Positions 1 to 12,550 of a stretch of DNA of 64,000 bases are shown here, in pieces. Position numbers and translations under genes: made by a program. This stretch comes from Betaproteobacteria bacterium (GTDB taxonomy: Bacteria > Pseudomonadota > Gammaproteobacteria > Burkholderiales > SG8-39): contig JAJDOG010000095.1 in NCBI GenBank assembly GCA_022340285.1, forward strand, positions 30,678 to 94,677, read 5' to 3'. The notes beneath the pieces were generated by a model. The model ran no database searches. It saw only the letters and a program-made list of their open reading frames with translations, and was not told the origin of the DNA. Within the stretch, counting starts at the first letter, position 1. Every line of letters begins with the position of its first letter.

Positions 1-162
1 GGGGTCGCGCACGATCTCCTCGCAGGCCACGGCGACCCCGGGCGAATAAGCGAGCGCGAGGTCGCGCTGGTTGACGAGCGCCTTGGTCGGCGCGATCGAG
101 ATCTTTCCCGGACGCGGTGACCGGTGATAGTCCAGCGCCGCGTTGCGTAGCGTGTCGTCCAT
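1..162 (-). CDS. maeB: NADP-dependent malic enzyme, N-terminal part (truncated by window edge)
   Basis: ATG at 162 reads MDDTLRNAALDYHRSPRPGKISIAPTKALVNQRDLALAYSPGVAVACEEI, the typical malic enzyme N-terminus (YH..GK, LAYSPGV). Confidence 0.9.
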   Translation of the reverse strand, partial: MDDTLRNAALDYHRSPRPGKISIAPTKALVNQRDLALAYSPGVAVACEEIVRDP

Positions 163-330
163 CGGTGTCCTTGCGTCCGCCGCCCGTGACTCGTCGTCGA
201 TTATAGGTCATGGCAGGGGGCGCTCCGTCCGCCTGGTACGGTCGATGCGCGAGCCGTTCGGCCTATAATCGGGCACTGATCTCCTCGGCGATCAGCTGCC
301 GCGAGAGTTCACTTCAACGCCCGCATCTCG

Positions 331-1524
331 ATGAAGCCCGTAGAGCCTGCGCGCTCCGCTGATTCCCTTCGCCTCGCCGCCCGCATGGCGGAGATCGAGC
401 CGTTCCATGTGATGGAGATCCAGCGTCGGGCGCTCGAGCTCGAGGCGGCGGGGCGGCGCATCGTCCACATGGAAATCGGCCAGCCGGACTTTTCCGCGCC
501 CCAGCCGGTGATCGACGCCGCGATCGCGGCGCTGAGGCGCGACCCCATGGGGTATGCCGCCTCGCTCGGTCTTCCGGCGCTGCGCGCGGCGATCGCGCGC
601 TTCTACGGAGATCGCTACGGCGTCGAAGTCGACCCGCGGCGGGTCATCGTGACCGCCGGCGCATCGGGCGCGTTCATCATCACGCTCGGCGCGCTCGTCG
701 ATCCGGGGGACGAGGTGCTGATGCCCGATCCCTGCTATCCGTGCAACCGGCATTTCGTGCGGCTGTTCGAGGGCAAGGCGCGCACGGTGGCCGTGGACGA
801 ACGCACGCATTACCAGCTCGGGCTCGCCGAAGTGCAGGCAAATTGGGGACCGCGCACCCGCGGCGTGCTGCTTGCCTCGCCTTCGAATCCCACGGGGACG
901 ATCGTGCCGACCGCTGCGCTCGCGGCGATCATCGACTGGGTGCACGGGCGCGGCGGTTTCGTGCTGGTCGACGAGATCTACCACGAGCTCGTGTACGGGG
1001 AACCGCTGCCGACGGCGCTGGCGCTGTCGGACGAGGTCTTCCTCGTCAGCAGCTTCTCGAAATACTTCTGCATGACCGGCTGGCGGCTCGGATGGATCGT
1101 CGCCCCGGAACGTTACGTGCGCGGGCTGGAAAGGCTCGCGCAGAACGCCTTCATCTGCGCGCCGGTCCCCTCGCAGCATGCCGCGCTTGCGGCGTTCGAG
1201 CCGGCCACGATCGCGATCCTCGAGGAGCGGCGCCTCGAGTTCCAGCGCCGGCGGGACTTCCTGGTCCCGGCGCTGCGCGACCTGGGGTTCCGCGTGCCGA
1301 TCACGCCGGAGGGCGCCTTCTACGTATATGCCGGAATCGAGCGGTTCGGGCTCGACAGCCACGCGCTTGCCCATCGCCTGATCGAGGAGGCCGGCGTCGC
1401 GATCACTCCGGGGCTCGACTTCGGCGCCAACCAGCCGGAGCAGTACGTTCGCTTCGCCTACACACGCGCAATCGAAGAGCTGCGCGAGGGAGTGGATCGG
1501 CTCCGCGAGACGTTGACTGTGTGA
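331..1524 (+). CDS. PLP-dependent class I/II aminotransferase
   Basis: GQPDF, SPSNPTG, DEIY and SFSKYFCMTGWRLG (PLP lysine) motifs. Confidence 0.93.
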   Translation: MKPVEPARSADSLRLAARMAEIEPFHVMEIQRRALELEAAGRRIVHMEIGQPDFSAPQPVIDAAIAALRRDPMGYAASLGLPALRAAIARFYGDRYGVEVDPRRVIVTAGASGAFIITLGALVDPGDEVLMPDPCYPCNRHFVRLFEGKARTVAVDERTHYQLGLAEVQANWGPRTRGVLLASPSNPTGTIVPTAALAAIIDWVHGRGGFVLVDEIYHELVYGEPLPTALALSDEVFLVSSFSKYFCMTGWRLGWIVAPERYVRGLERLAQNAFICAPVPSQHAALAAFEPATIAILEERRLEFQRRRDFLVPALRDLGFRVPITPEGAFYVYAGIERFGLDSHALAHRLIEEAGVAITPGLDFGANQPEQYVRFAYTRAIEELREGVDRLRETLTV

Positions 1525-1564
1525 GCGGGCAGCTGCGCCACCCACCCTTCCCGCGGCGCGCGCC

Positions 1565-2029
1565 CTACTTCAGCGCTTCGTTGACGATCTCGTCGAGGAG
1601 CGTATGGACACCCTCCATGCCCTTGCTTTGCGGGGGGCGCCGGTACGAGACGTACACCACGCCGGGCTCGCCAGGTAGGGTATAGACGGCAATCGTGTAG
1701 GGACAGATGGCGATCTGGTGCGGATCTGCCTCCATCATTTCGCGCGAGATGCGCGCACTGCAGAACTCCAGCACCTCCGCCTTGCCGTAGAGCTGGCGTG
1801 ACGCGCCGACGTCCTTCGCGGTGCGCGCGAGCATGTCCCCGACATGCGCCACGCGATCGACGATGAGGCCCTTCCCTTCGATCGCCATGACGACAGCATC
1901 TCTGACCTCCTCGTACGGTCCCTTCGCGGTGTGGCGGACCACCTCATCGGCGGCCGACGTCGCGGCGGACAGACCGGACAGCGCGAGCGCCGATTGAAAG
2001 AGGAGCAGCAGGAACGCAGAGCGCGGCAT
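1565..2029 (-). CDS. DUF302-family secreted protein
   Basis: Signal peptide; EFCSA...CPYTIAVY pattern typical of DUF302. Confidence 0.75.
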   Translation of the reverse strand: MPRSAFLLLLFQSALALSGLSAATSAADEVVRHTAKGPYEEVRDAVVMAIEGKGLIVDRVAHVGDMLARTAKDVGASRQLYGKAEVLEFCSARISREMMEADPHQIAICPYTIAVYTLPGEPGVVYVSYRRPPQSKGMEGVHTLLDEIVNEALK

Positions 2030-2068
2030 GCGAGACGTGGGCAGGCCGCGCTACAGGGGGGTGCGAGC

Positions 2069-2782
2069 TCAGGCGCCGGGTTTGAGGGGCCGGCCGGCGA
2101 CCGGAGGCAACTTCTTGACCTCCCGACTCAGGAGTCGCTGTTCGGCGAGCACCTTCTGCGCATACTGACTTCCGGAGTCCTCGGCCGCACCGTTGTACAT
2201 CTGCAAGCCGGCCTCGAGGCTGCCCGCGCTCCGGATGTAGTCGCTCAGTATCTCGGCGCCGACCCGGATATTGGTCTGCGGATCGAGAACGGTCTCTGCG
2301 CCGCCGTGGAATGCGAGCCTTTCGACGTGGTAGCGCGGAACGACTTGCATCAGCCCCTTGGCGCCGTAGGAGCTTTCCGCAATCGGGTTCATCCCCGACT
2401 CGACCGCCATCACCGCGAGGATCAGCAGCGGATCGAGATCGGTCAGCTCGGCCGCTCGGTACGCGGCGCCGACCAGATCGCGGGTCGCCGCTTCCGAGAC
2501 CCGGTACCGCCGCGCGAGGTACGTCGCGAGCGCATGCTGCCGCCTGCTCTCGGCCGCCTGCTCTCCGAGAGCATCGAGAGGGGGAGCCGGATCGGTGATC
2601 TCGTTGCCGACGCCCAGACCCAACGGCGAGTTGGAGCTCGTGGCGCGCGGCCAGGATTCCGTTCCGTTGACGGCGACAAAGAGCAGTACAGCCAATCCGA
2701 AAGCCGCCAAGACATGGTGCAAGGTCGCGACAAGCGCTTCCACGCCCTTGCGGACGGGGCCTCTTAGGTCGACGAATTTCAT
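2069..2782 (-). CDS. Lytic transglycosylase (SLT domain)
   Basis: AVESGMNP, GAKGLMQV, NIRVGAEIL, YNG motifs and an N-terminal TM segment; start uncertain (ATG at 2782 chosen). Confidence 0.88.
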   Translation of the reverse strand: MKFVDLRGPVRKGVEALVATLHHVLAAFGLAVLLFVAVNGTESWPRATSSNSPLGLGVGNEITDPAPPLDALGEQAAESRRQHALATYLARRYRVSEAATRDLVGAAYRAAELTDLDPLLILAVMAVESGMNPIAESSYGAKGLMQVVPRYHVERLAFHGGAETVLDPQTNIRVGAEILSDYIRSAGSLEAGLQMYNGAAEDSGSQYAQKVLAEQRLLSREVKKLPPVAGRPLKPGA

Positions 2783-2834
2783 ACCGCATGTCCTCCAATC
2801 GCCGCGGCTTACGGGTGCGGGTAAGCCGCATCGA

Positions 2835-2850
2835 TGCATCTGGCGTGCCA
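2835..2850 (-). promoter_or_regulatory. Candidate sigma-54 (-24/-12) promoter upstream of the SLT gene
   Basis: Minus strand TGGCAC-GCCAG-ATGCA, one mismatch from TGGCAC-N5-TTGCW, about 50 nt before the chosen start. Confidence 0.55.
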
Positions 2851-3295
2851 CTTTCCCTCCCGAAGGGCGCGCCGCCTGGTCAACCAGTCCTACTAGTAGA
2901 TGTAGTCGTTATCGGACGGACCGGCAACGCGCTGAGGGGCTGCGGCGCCGGCACCGTTTGACCACCGCAGACCTGGTCCTCCCCGGCCCCCCTCGACCGG
3001 TACTACAGCCTGCGATTTACGCTGCGGAGAATAGCGGATTTTCGCCTGAAAATCTAGTCGAATGAAAGTCTTAGGAAAAAAGGCACAGAATGAAACCCGT
3101 GCCCGATCAAGGGCTTGCTGCTGCGCCGCACAATAAAAAAATTTTGGGGCTAAGCGTCCCCGGCCCACTCCCGACCGGCTGGTAAAATCGCCAGCGTCGA
3201 TCGGCAGCAATGCCGGGGACAAACACACCAACCGAATGTCTGCGGTCCATCCCCTGCCTGCACAGGGGACGACCGCAGACCATTCGACACCCGCC

Positions 3296-3733
3296 TTAGG
3301 GCCTAGACCCGGTCGGAAAGGGCCACGCCGCCGCAGGATTCAGGGCGGTCTTCGCCCCGGGCGCTGCTGCGGTCGACGAGACTGCAGGAGCCATCGCCGG
3401 CGCCGGCATTGCCGGTTTCCTCGCGGACTTGGCCGCTTTCGCGGATCTGGCCGCCTTCCTTCTGGCGGGCCTGGCAGCTTTCTTCTTTCCCGTCTTTTTC
3501 GCGGATTTCCTAGCTGCCTTCTTCTTGGGCGTCTTTCTCTTCTTCGACGCCTTCTTCTTTACGGCCTTCTTCTTCTTGGAAGACTTCTTTTTCGCTGCTG
3601 ATCTGCGCTTCTTGGACTTCTTCGCAGACTTCTTCTTCGCTGCTGATCTACGCTTCTTGGACTTCTTCGCAGACTTCTTCACAGACTTCTTGGACTTCTT
3701 AGCAGCTTTCTTTGCCTTTTTCTTCGTTGCCAT
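3296..3733 (-). CDS. Histone H1-like Lys/Ala-rich DNA-binding protein
   Basis: MATKKKAKK..., very Lys/Ala rich, ending in ALNPAAAWPFPTGSRP as in betaproteobacterial H1-like proteins; lies downstream of nrdB. Confidence 0.85.
   Translation of the reverse strand: MATKKKAKKAAKKSKKSVKKSAKKSKKRRSAAKKKSAKKSKKRRSAAKKKSSKKKKAVKKKASKKRKTPKKKAARKSAKKTGKKKAARPARRKAARSAKAAKSARKPAMPAPAMAPAVSSTAAAPGAKTALNPAAAWPFPTGSRP
3581..3680. repeat. 45-bp tandem repeat (about 2.2 copies) within the H1-like gene
   Basis: AGACTTCTTYTTCGCTGCTGATCTRCGCTTCTTGGACTTCTTCGC at 3581 and 3626; encodes KKSAKKSKKRRSAAK twice. Confidence 0.85.
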
Positions 3734-4029
3734 CTTGAAACTCCTTTCACGTAGTTGAACAAACACACCAACAAGAACCCGGCTGTCCTAGCCCGGGTAT
3801 CCGACTGCCGGACGCATGGTCCGTACCGTCAGATTCCTGGCCGGCGCGACGTTGCGACGGCCCAAACAAAAATGTCGGGGCCGAATCGGCACCGACATCG
3901 ATCTGCCCACCTCCACGAGGGAGGAGCGACGGAGGAAAAGCACGGGTTGCCCGCCACCGCATAGCCGAAGGCCGGTAGAAGCGACCCGGCAGGCGCGGCG
4001 ACTTGAGCGCAGGCAGACGGTGAAGCGGC

Positions 4030-5178
4030 CTAATCCCAACTGAGGGCGCCTCCCGTCTGATACTCGATCACGCGTGTCTCGAAGAAGTTTCGCTCTTTCT
4101 TCAGGTCGATCATTTCGCTCATCCACGGGAACGGATTTGTCGCCCCCGGGTACTGCTGCTCGATGCCGATCTGCTGACTGCGCCGATTGGCAACGAAGCG
4201 AAGATACTCCTTGAACATGGGTGCGTTCAAGCCCAGAACGCCCCTCGGCATCGTATCTTCGGCGTAACGATACTCGAGATCGACCGCTTTGCGGAAGAGT
4301 TCTGCGATCTCTTCGCGGAATTGTTGCGTCCAGAGGTGCGGATTCTCGAGCTTGATCTGGTTGATCAGGTCAATTCCGAAGTTGCAGTGCATGGACTCGT
4401 CGCGCAGGATGTACTGGTACTGCTCGGCGGCCCCGGTCATCTTGTTCTGCCGCCCCAGCGAGAGGATCTGCGCGAAGCCGACGTAGAAGAAGAGGCCTTC
4501 CATGAGGCAGGCGAAGACGATCAGGCTCTTCAGCAGACGTTGGTCCGCCTCCGGGGTGCCGGTCCGGAAACCGGGGTCGGTCAGCGTGTCGATGAAGGGG
4601 ATCAGAAACTCGTCCTTGCCGCGAATGCTGGGAATCTCGTTGTAGGCGTTGAACACCTCGCCCTCGTCCAGCCCGAGGCTCTCGACGATGTACTGGTACG
4701 CGTGGGTGTGAATCGCCTCCTCGAACGCCTGGCGGAGCAGATACTGCCGGCACTCGGGGGCGGAGATGTGCCGATACGTGCCCAGAACGATGTTGTTCGC
4801 GGCGAGTGAATCCGCGGTCACGAAGAACCCGAGATTGCGCTTCACGACGCGCCGCTCGTCTTCGGTCAGGCCGTCGCGGTCGCGCCAGAGCGCGATGTCC
4901 CGGCTCATGTTGATCTCCTGCGGCATCCAGTGATTGGCGCAGGCGGCGAGGTACTTCTCCCAGGCCCATTTGTACTTGAAGGGCACGAGCTGGTTGACGT
5001 CGGTCCGGCCGTTGATGACCCGCTTGTCCTCCACGCGGATGCGGCGAAATTCGGTATGAGCCGCATCCGGATTCGCGGACACCGGCGCACTCGCCCGCCC
5101 GGTCGCCGGAAAGAACCCGGCGGTGGGCTGGAGCCCCAGCCCCTTCACCGCGCCGGCGTCGTCATCAAAACTCAGCAT
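4030..5178 (-). CDS. nrdB: Ribonucleotide reductase class Ia beta subunit
   Basis: Di-iron motifs [14 protein letters not shown] (radical Tyr present), MEGLFFY, RDESMH; C-terminal [11 protein letters not shown]. Confidence 0.96.
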   Translation of the reverse strand: MLSFDDDAGAVKGLGLQPTAGFFPATGRASAPVSANPDAAHTEFRRIRVEDKRVINGRTDVNQLVPFKYKWAWEKYLAACANHWMPQEINMSRDIALWRDRDGLTEDERRVVKRNLGFFVTADSLAANNIVLGTYRHISAPECRQYLLRQAFEEAIHTHAYQYIVESLGLDEGEVFNAYNEIPSIRGKDEFLIPFIDTLTDPGFRTGTPEADQRLLKSLIVFACLMEGLFFYVGFAQILSLGRQNKMTGAAEQYQYILRDESMHCNFGIDLINQIKLENPHLWTQQFREEIAELFRKAVDLEYRYAEDTMPRGVLGLNAPMFKEYLRFVANRRSQQIGIEQQYPGATNPFPWMSEMIDLKKERNFFETRVIEYQTGGALSWD

Positions 5179-5208
5179 GCATCTCCTCCCGTTTTTCTGT
5201 CCCGCCGG

Positions 5209-8064
<2,856 letters not shown>

Positions 8065-8200
8065 AATCGTCCCCTCTTTTCGCCTGTTGTTGTTGCCGGG
8101 CTCTTCGGCCCCACCCTCTGCGCTACGCGTGCCGCTCGCGTCCGTCGCGCTTGCTACATCCTGCGTGCATCCGGCGCGTCGATACGTTTCTCCGTATCAA

Positions 8201-8247
8201 CCACTATATATAGTGTGCAGGTCAAAACGCGCAACTAATTCTAGGGG
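8201..8247. promoter_or_regulatory. Tandem NrdR boxes upstream of nrdA
   Basis: CCACTATATATAGTGT (8201-8216) fits acaCwAtATaTwGtgt; a weaker box CAACTAATTCTAGGGG (8232-8247) starts 31 bp later, the usual NrdR spacing. Confidence 0.8.
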
Positions 8248-8448
8248 CAGGCTGTTGGTCTTGCAAGCCTTTTTCGCTATCGTTGCGAGTCGCCGCGCTG
8301 ATCTCGCGCCGCGACGTGACGTTCTTCACGAAAAGAGGCGGACTTGCGCGCGTCAGTCGACGCGTCGAGGCGCGCGAGCACGCAGTGTCGCGCGCGATGT
8401 CACGCAAGGGATGAAGCCGACGATGCGGCCAGGATACCGCCGCGCGAC

Positions 8449-9000
8449 TCAGTGCGGCGCAGCGAGGTCGGCGCGGTAGCGCGCCCAATCGAAGCTCGGA
8501 CCGGGGTCGCTCTTGCGCCCCGGCGAGATGTCCGAATGCCCCGCGATCTCGGGCAGCGGATACCTGGCACGCAATGCCCGGGTTAGTCGCGCCAGCTGAA
8601 GGTACTGTGGCGGTTCGTAGGAGAGGACGTCGCTGCCTTCCAGCTCGACGCCCACGGAGAAGTCGTTGCACCGCGGACGTCCCCGCCACTGCGAGCTGCC
8701 CGCATGCCACGCACGCCGCGTGCACGCCACGAGCTGGATCAGCTCTCCATCGCGCCGAATCAGGAAGTGGGTCGAGACGCGGAGCCCGCGGAGCCCGTCG
8801 AAATACGGATGAGCGCGATGGTCGAGCGTGTTCGTGAAGAGCTCGATGACCGCCTGGCCACCGAAGATCCCGGGCGGAAGGCTGATGTTGTGCAAAACCA
8901 ACAGCGTCAGCGCCGCACCGATCGGCCGCGCGTCGAAGTTCGGCGATGCGATGAAGCGGGCGCCGCTCGCCACGCCCTGCTCGTCAATGGTCAGGGGCAT
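8449..9000 (-). CDS. ampD: 1,6-anhydro-N-acetylmuramyl-L-alanine amidase
   Basis: SPNFDARP, HNISLPPG, VSTHFLIRRDG, RAWHAG, GHSDISPGRKSDPG; ATG at 9000 overlaps the pilR stop. Confidence 0.95.
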   Translation of the reverse strand: MPLTIDEQGVASGARFIASPNFDARPIGAALTLLVLHNISLPPGIFGGQAVIELFTNTLDHRAHPYFDGLRGLRVSTHFLIRRDGELIQLVACTRRAWHAGSSQWRGRPRCNDFSVGVELEGSDVLSYEPPQYLQLARLTRALRARYPLPEIAGHSDISPGRKSDPGPSFDWARYRADLAAPH

Positions 9001-10355
9001 CAATGGATGCCGAGACGTTCCATCCGGTAGCGGAGCGCGCGGAAAGTGATACCCAGCAGCTTCGCTGCCGCCGTGCGGTTGAATCGGGTCTGGTCGAGCG
9101 CTTCGAGGATCGCCTCGCGCTCGATCCGGTCCAGGTAGTCCTGCAGGGGCCATTTCGAGTTCGGTCCAGGCGGCTCCTGCGCAAACGACGGCGGCGCGAG
9201 CTGCAAGTCGTCGGCCTGGATCTCGTCGGTGGCCGAGAGCGCGATGGCCCGCTCGAGAATGTTCTCCAGCTCACGCGTGTTGCCCGGAAAATCGTAGCCC
9301 TGCAGCGCCGTGCGGGCGGGCGCGGACAGTTTGGCCCGGCCTGCCCCGCTTTCGCTCTCCAGGCGGGCAAGGATGGCTTCCGCGAGCATCGGCACGTCCT
9401 CGCGGCACTCGCGCAGCGACGGCATCCGCAATTCGATCACCGCCAGCCGGTAATAGAGGTCCTGCCGGAACTTGCCCTGGTCGACCAGCTGCGACAGATT
9501 CTGGTGGGTCGCGCACATGAGGCGCACGTCGACCGCGTCCTCCGTGGTCGCCCCCACCTTGCGTACGCGCTTCTCCTGGATTGCGCGGAGCAGCTTCACT
9601 TGCATGGACAGCGGCAGGTCCGCGACCTCGTCCAGGAACAGGGTCCCGCCCGTCGCGGCATGGAAGAAACCCTCACGGTCCTGCTCGGCGCCGGTGAACG
9701 CGCCTTTGCGGTAGCCGAAGAACTCGCTCTCCATCAGATTCTCGGGAATGGCGCCGCAGTTGACCGGGATGAAGGGCTTGTCGCGGCGCGCCCCATTCTC
9801 GTGGATCAGCCGCGCGGCAAGCTCCTTGCCGCTGCCCGACTCGCCGGTGATGTAGATCGGCGCCTGGCTGCGGGCGAGCTTTTCGATCATGGCCCGGACG
9901 TTCATGATCGGCGGGCTCTCCCCGAGCAGCTGGTGCCCGGTAGCCGGCTTCTGCGCGGCTTTCTGTGGAAGATTGAGCGCAGACTTCACGAGCGTGCGCA
10001 GCTGCTCGAGCGATAGCGGCTTGCTCACGTAGTCGAAGGCGCCGGCCTTGAGCGCTGCGACGGCGTTTTCCGCGCTGCCATATGCGGTAATCACCGCGAC
10101 CGGAAGATCGTTGCAGTGCGCATTGATGTGGCGGACCAGCTCCAGCCCGTCGCCGTCCGGAAGCCGCATGTCGGTCAGACAGAGATCGAATTCGCCGTCC
10201 TTCAGCAGCGCCTTGGCCTCGGCCACCTTGCCCACGCATTCGACGCCGAGTCCCATGCGGATGAGGGTCAGCTCGAGCAGCTCGCGGATATCGGCCTCGT
10301 CGTCGACCACGAGTACCGAGGTCTTGGTGGCCCCTCTTCGGTCCGATTTGCTCAT
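9000..10355 (-). CDS. pilR: Sigma-54-dependent response regulator of PilR type
   Basis: Receiver (VDDEADIRELL, DLCLTDMRLPDG), GESGSGKE, GAFTGA and C-terminal HTH (FRALRYR); next to pilS and ampD. Confidence 0.9.
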   Translation of the reverse strand: MSKSDRRGATKTSVLVVDDEADIRELLELTLIRMGLGVECVGKVAEAKALLKDGEFDLCLTDMRLPDGDGLELVRHINAHCNDLPVAVITAYGSAENAVAALKAGAFDYVSKPLSLEQLRTLVKSALNLPQKAAQKPATGHQLLGESPPIMNVRAMIEKLARSQAPIYITGESGSGKELAARLIHENGARRDKPFIPVNCGAIPENLMESEFFGYRKGAFTGAEQDREGFFHAATGGTLFLDEVADLPLSMQVKLLRAIQEKRVRKVGATTEDAVDVRLMCATHQNLSQLVDQGKFRQDLYYRLAVIELRMPSLRECREDVPMLAEAILARLESESGAGRAKLSAPARTALQGYDFPGNTRELENILERAIALSATDEIQADDLQLAPPSFAQEPPGPNSKWPLQDYLDRIEREAILEALDQTRFNRTAAAKLLGITFRALRYRMERLGIH

Positions 10356-11971
10356 GTGCGGTCCCCTTGCCACGCCAGGCGGAAATCGGCTCCGGCCCCG
10401 CGATCGATGTATTCAAGCGTCGCGCCGTTCGCGGCGGCGAGCTCGCGCGCGATGTACAGGCCGAGCCCGGTTCCGGCGCTGAACGTCGTGAAGAACGGCT
10501 CGAAAAGCTGCGGCCGGAGGTCGCGCGGCACGCCGGGTCCGTCGTCGACGACGTGCAGCTCGATACGGCCTCCCGTGCGCTGGACGACGATCCGGACGCT
10601 GCCAGGCTGCCGTGTGGAGTGTCGCCAGGCATTGCGCACCAGGTTCCACAGGATCTGATTGAGGTGCACCCGATCGCACTCGATGACGGGATCGCCCTGC
10701 AGATCCAGGTTGACGGCGCCTGAGGGCAATCCCTCGGCCGGCGCGAACTCGTCGACGAAGGCCGACACGAAGGCCGCGAGCCGCACCGAATCGGCCTGGA
10801 CGCGGTCGCGCCGGTTCAGCTCCAGGACGTCGTGCACCATGCGGTTCAGCCTGAGTGCGTTGTCGTGAATGATGCGGATGAGCCGCTCCCGCGCCGGCGC
10901 GCGGTTCTCCTCCTGCAGGAGTTCGGTCGCGTGGGTGACGGACGCAAGCGGGTTGCGGATCTCGTGCGCGATGTTGGCGGTCAGTCTCCCCAGCGCGGCC
11001 AGCTTGAGCTGTCGCGCCTGTTCTTCCAGCTTGGACATGTCCTCGAGGTAGATGACCGTCAGCTTCGCGCCCTCGAGTCCGGCCTCGACGAACCGCGCCC
11101 GGACGTTGCGGCCGGACTCGTCCAGGGTGAGCGTTGGCTGCGAAGGACCGGTTCCGGCACGCCAAGCGGCCAGCGCCTCCGCGAGCTCCCGCGAGTAGCC
11201 CTCGATCTGCTCGAGCTCGGGCACGCTCCTGCCCAAGAGCGCCTCGACCCGCCGGTTGTGCTGGCGCACGAGGCCGTTGGCGTCGACGACGAGCACGCCG
11301 TCCTGCACGTCCTGGATCACGAGCTCGCTGATGCGCAGCTGGTTCGCGAGCTCGATCCCGCGCTGTCGTGCAACACGCTCGTTCGTGATCACGCGCTGGG
11401 CCAGCAGGCTCGTGATCATCGCCGAAGCGAAATAACCGATCGAGAGCAGGGCCGGCTGCAGGTACCCAGAGAGCGTCGCCTCGTCTGACAGGATCTGGAC
11501 GGTCTGCTCGGCGAGCACGGCGATCGACGCCAGGGCCGCGTAGGCGAGCAATTGCGTTCCGCGACTGACCAGACCCGCCGCCGCCACCGAGACCAGAAGC
11601 ATGACGGCGAGCCCGCTGCGAAATCCGCCACTCGCATGACTGAGCAGGGTGATCGCCACGACGTCCACGATGATGTGCGCAGTCAGCTGCGCGTTGAAGT
11701 TGTAGGGCGCGCGCCGCAGCAGCACGTGGAAGCCGATGGCGATCGCGAGATAGATTGCGCTGGTGACTGCGTAGAGCCGCACGTCCTCCAGGCCCAGTAG
11801 GAGCAGGTCCTGGTAGAACAGAACGGATACGAAGAACAAACCCGCAACGACAATGCGGTACGCATTGAAATACCGCAGCGAGACCCAGAAAGAGTCGCTG
11901 ACCGGCGGCCCGGCCGACAGTCCCTCCAGGGCAGGCTGCCAGAGAGGGCGCTGAGAGCTGAGAAGCCGCAT
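10352..11971 (-). CDS. pilS: Sensor histidine kinase of PilS type
   Basis: Multiple N-terminal TM helices, PAS-like region, LGRLTANIAHEIRNPL H-box, NLVRNAWRH, DDGPG, GTGLGL. Confidence 0.88.
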   Translation of the reverse strand: MRLLSSQRPLWQPALEGLSAGPPVSDSFWVSLRYFNAYRIVVAGLFFVSVLFYQDLLLLGLEDVRLYAVTSAIYLAIAIGFHVLLRRAPYNFNAQLTAHIIVDVVAITLLSHASGGFRSGLAVMLLVSVAAAGLVSRGTQLLAYAALASIAVLAEQTVQILSDEATLSGYLQPALLSIGYFASAMITSLLAQRVITNERVARQRGIELANQLRISELVIQDVQDGVLVVDANGLVRQHNRRVEALLGRSVPELEQIEGYSRELAEALAAWRAGTGPSQPTLTLDESGRNVRARFVEAGLEGAKLTVIYLEDMSKLEEQARQLKLAALGRLTANIAHEIRNPLASVTHATELLQEENRAPARERLIRIIHDNALRLNRMVHDVLELNRRDRVQADSVRLAAFVSAFVDEFAPAEGLPSGAVNLDLQGDPVIECDRVHLNQILWNLVRNAWRHSTRQPGSVRIVVQRTGGRIELHVVDDGPGVPRDLRPQLFEPFFTTFSAGTGLGLYIARELAAANGATLEYIDRGAGADFRLAWQGDRT

Positions 11972-12195
11972 CACTGTCGAAACTGACGACGATGCTCGTC
12001 GCAACAGAAATAGCGCTCGCCGGCTGCGAGCGCCTCGGATTCAGGCAGGTTGATTCCGCACTGACTGCAGGGCACCATGCGTTCCCCCGTGTGCTGTCTG
12101 GGCGCCGCTCCGGACGCACGGCCTTTCGCGGCTAGCGCCTTCACGAAGGCATAGGCCACCAGCACGACCAGAACCAGGACGAGAAGCTTACCCAT
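11971..12195 (-). CDS. PP0621-family small membrane protein with Cys/His motif
   Basis: N-terminal TM, ERMVPCSQCGINLP...YFCCDEH; usual position upstream of pilS. Confidence 0.8.
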   Translation of the reverse strand: MGKLLVLVLVVLVAYAFVKALAAKGRASGAAPRQHTGERMVPCSQCGINLPESEALAAGERYFCCDEHRRQFRQ

Positions 12196-12428
12196 GCCAT
12201 CGCAGTCCGATGGAGCTATGCGACACGGAACAAGGAACCCGGAAATTATACGTTAGGCTTGGCGGCATCCCGTGTGAACCCTGCCGCGCAATGCACTCAT
12301 GCGACACTTTCGGGAGTCGGCACCGATGGCCGGATTGGGGGCACCGAGCCGAATGGCGAAGCGGATGAAGACCCGCGGCCGGGTCGAAGGAACGAATCGT
12401 GGTTAATCGGGGTGAATCCGTTGGATCG

Positions 12429-12507
<79 letters not shown>

Positions 12508-12550
12508 ACGAATTTCACGTGGTCCGGTGGTCCGGACCGTGGCCGGCAAA

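Noticed and set aside
3429-3758. Phe-rich ORF resembling a membrane protein
   Set aside because: Exact antisense of the Lys codons of the H1-like gene
4030-5178. Class Ic (Mn/Fe) ribonucleotide reductase
   Set aside because: The radical Tyr (HTHAY) and Asp first ligand (TADS) are present, as in class Ia
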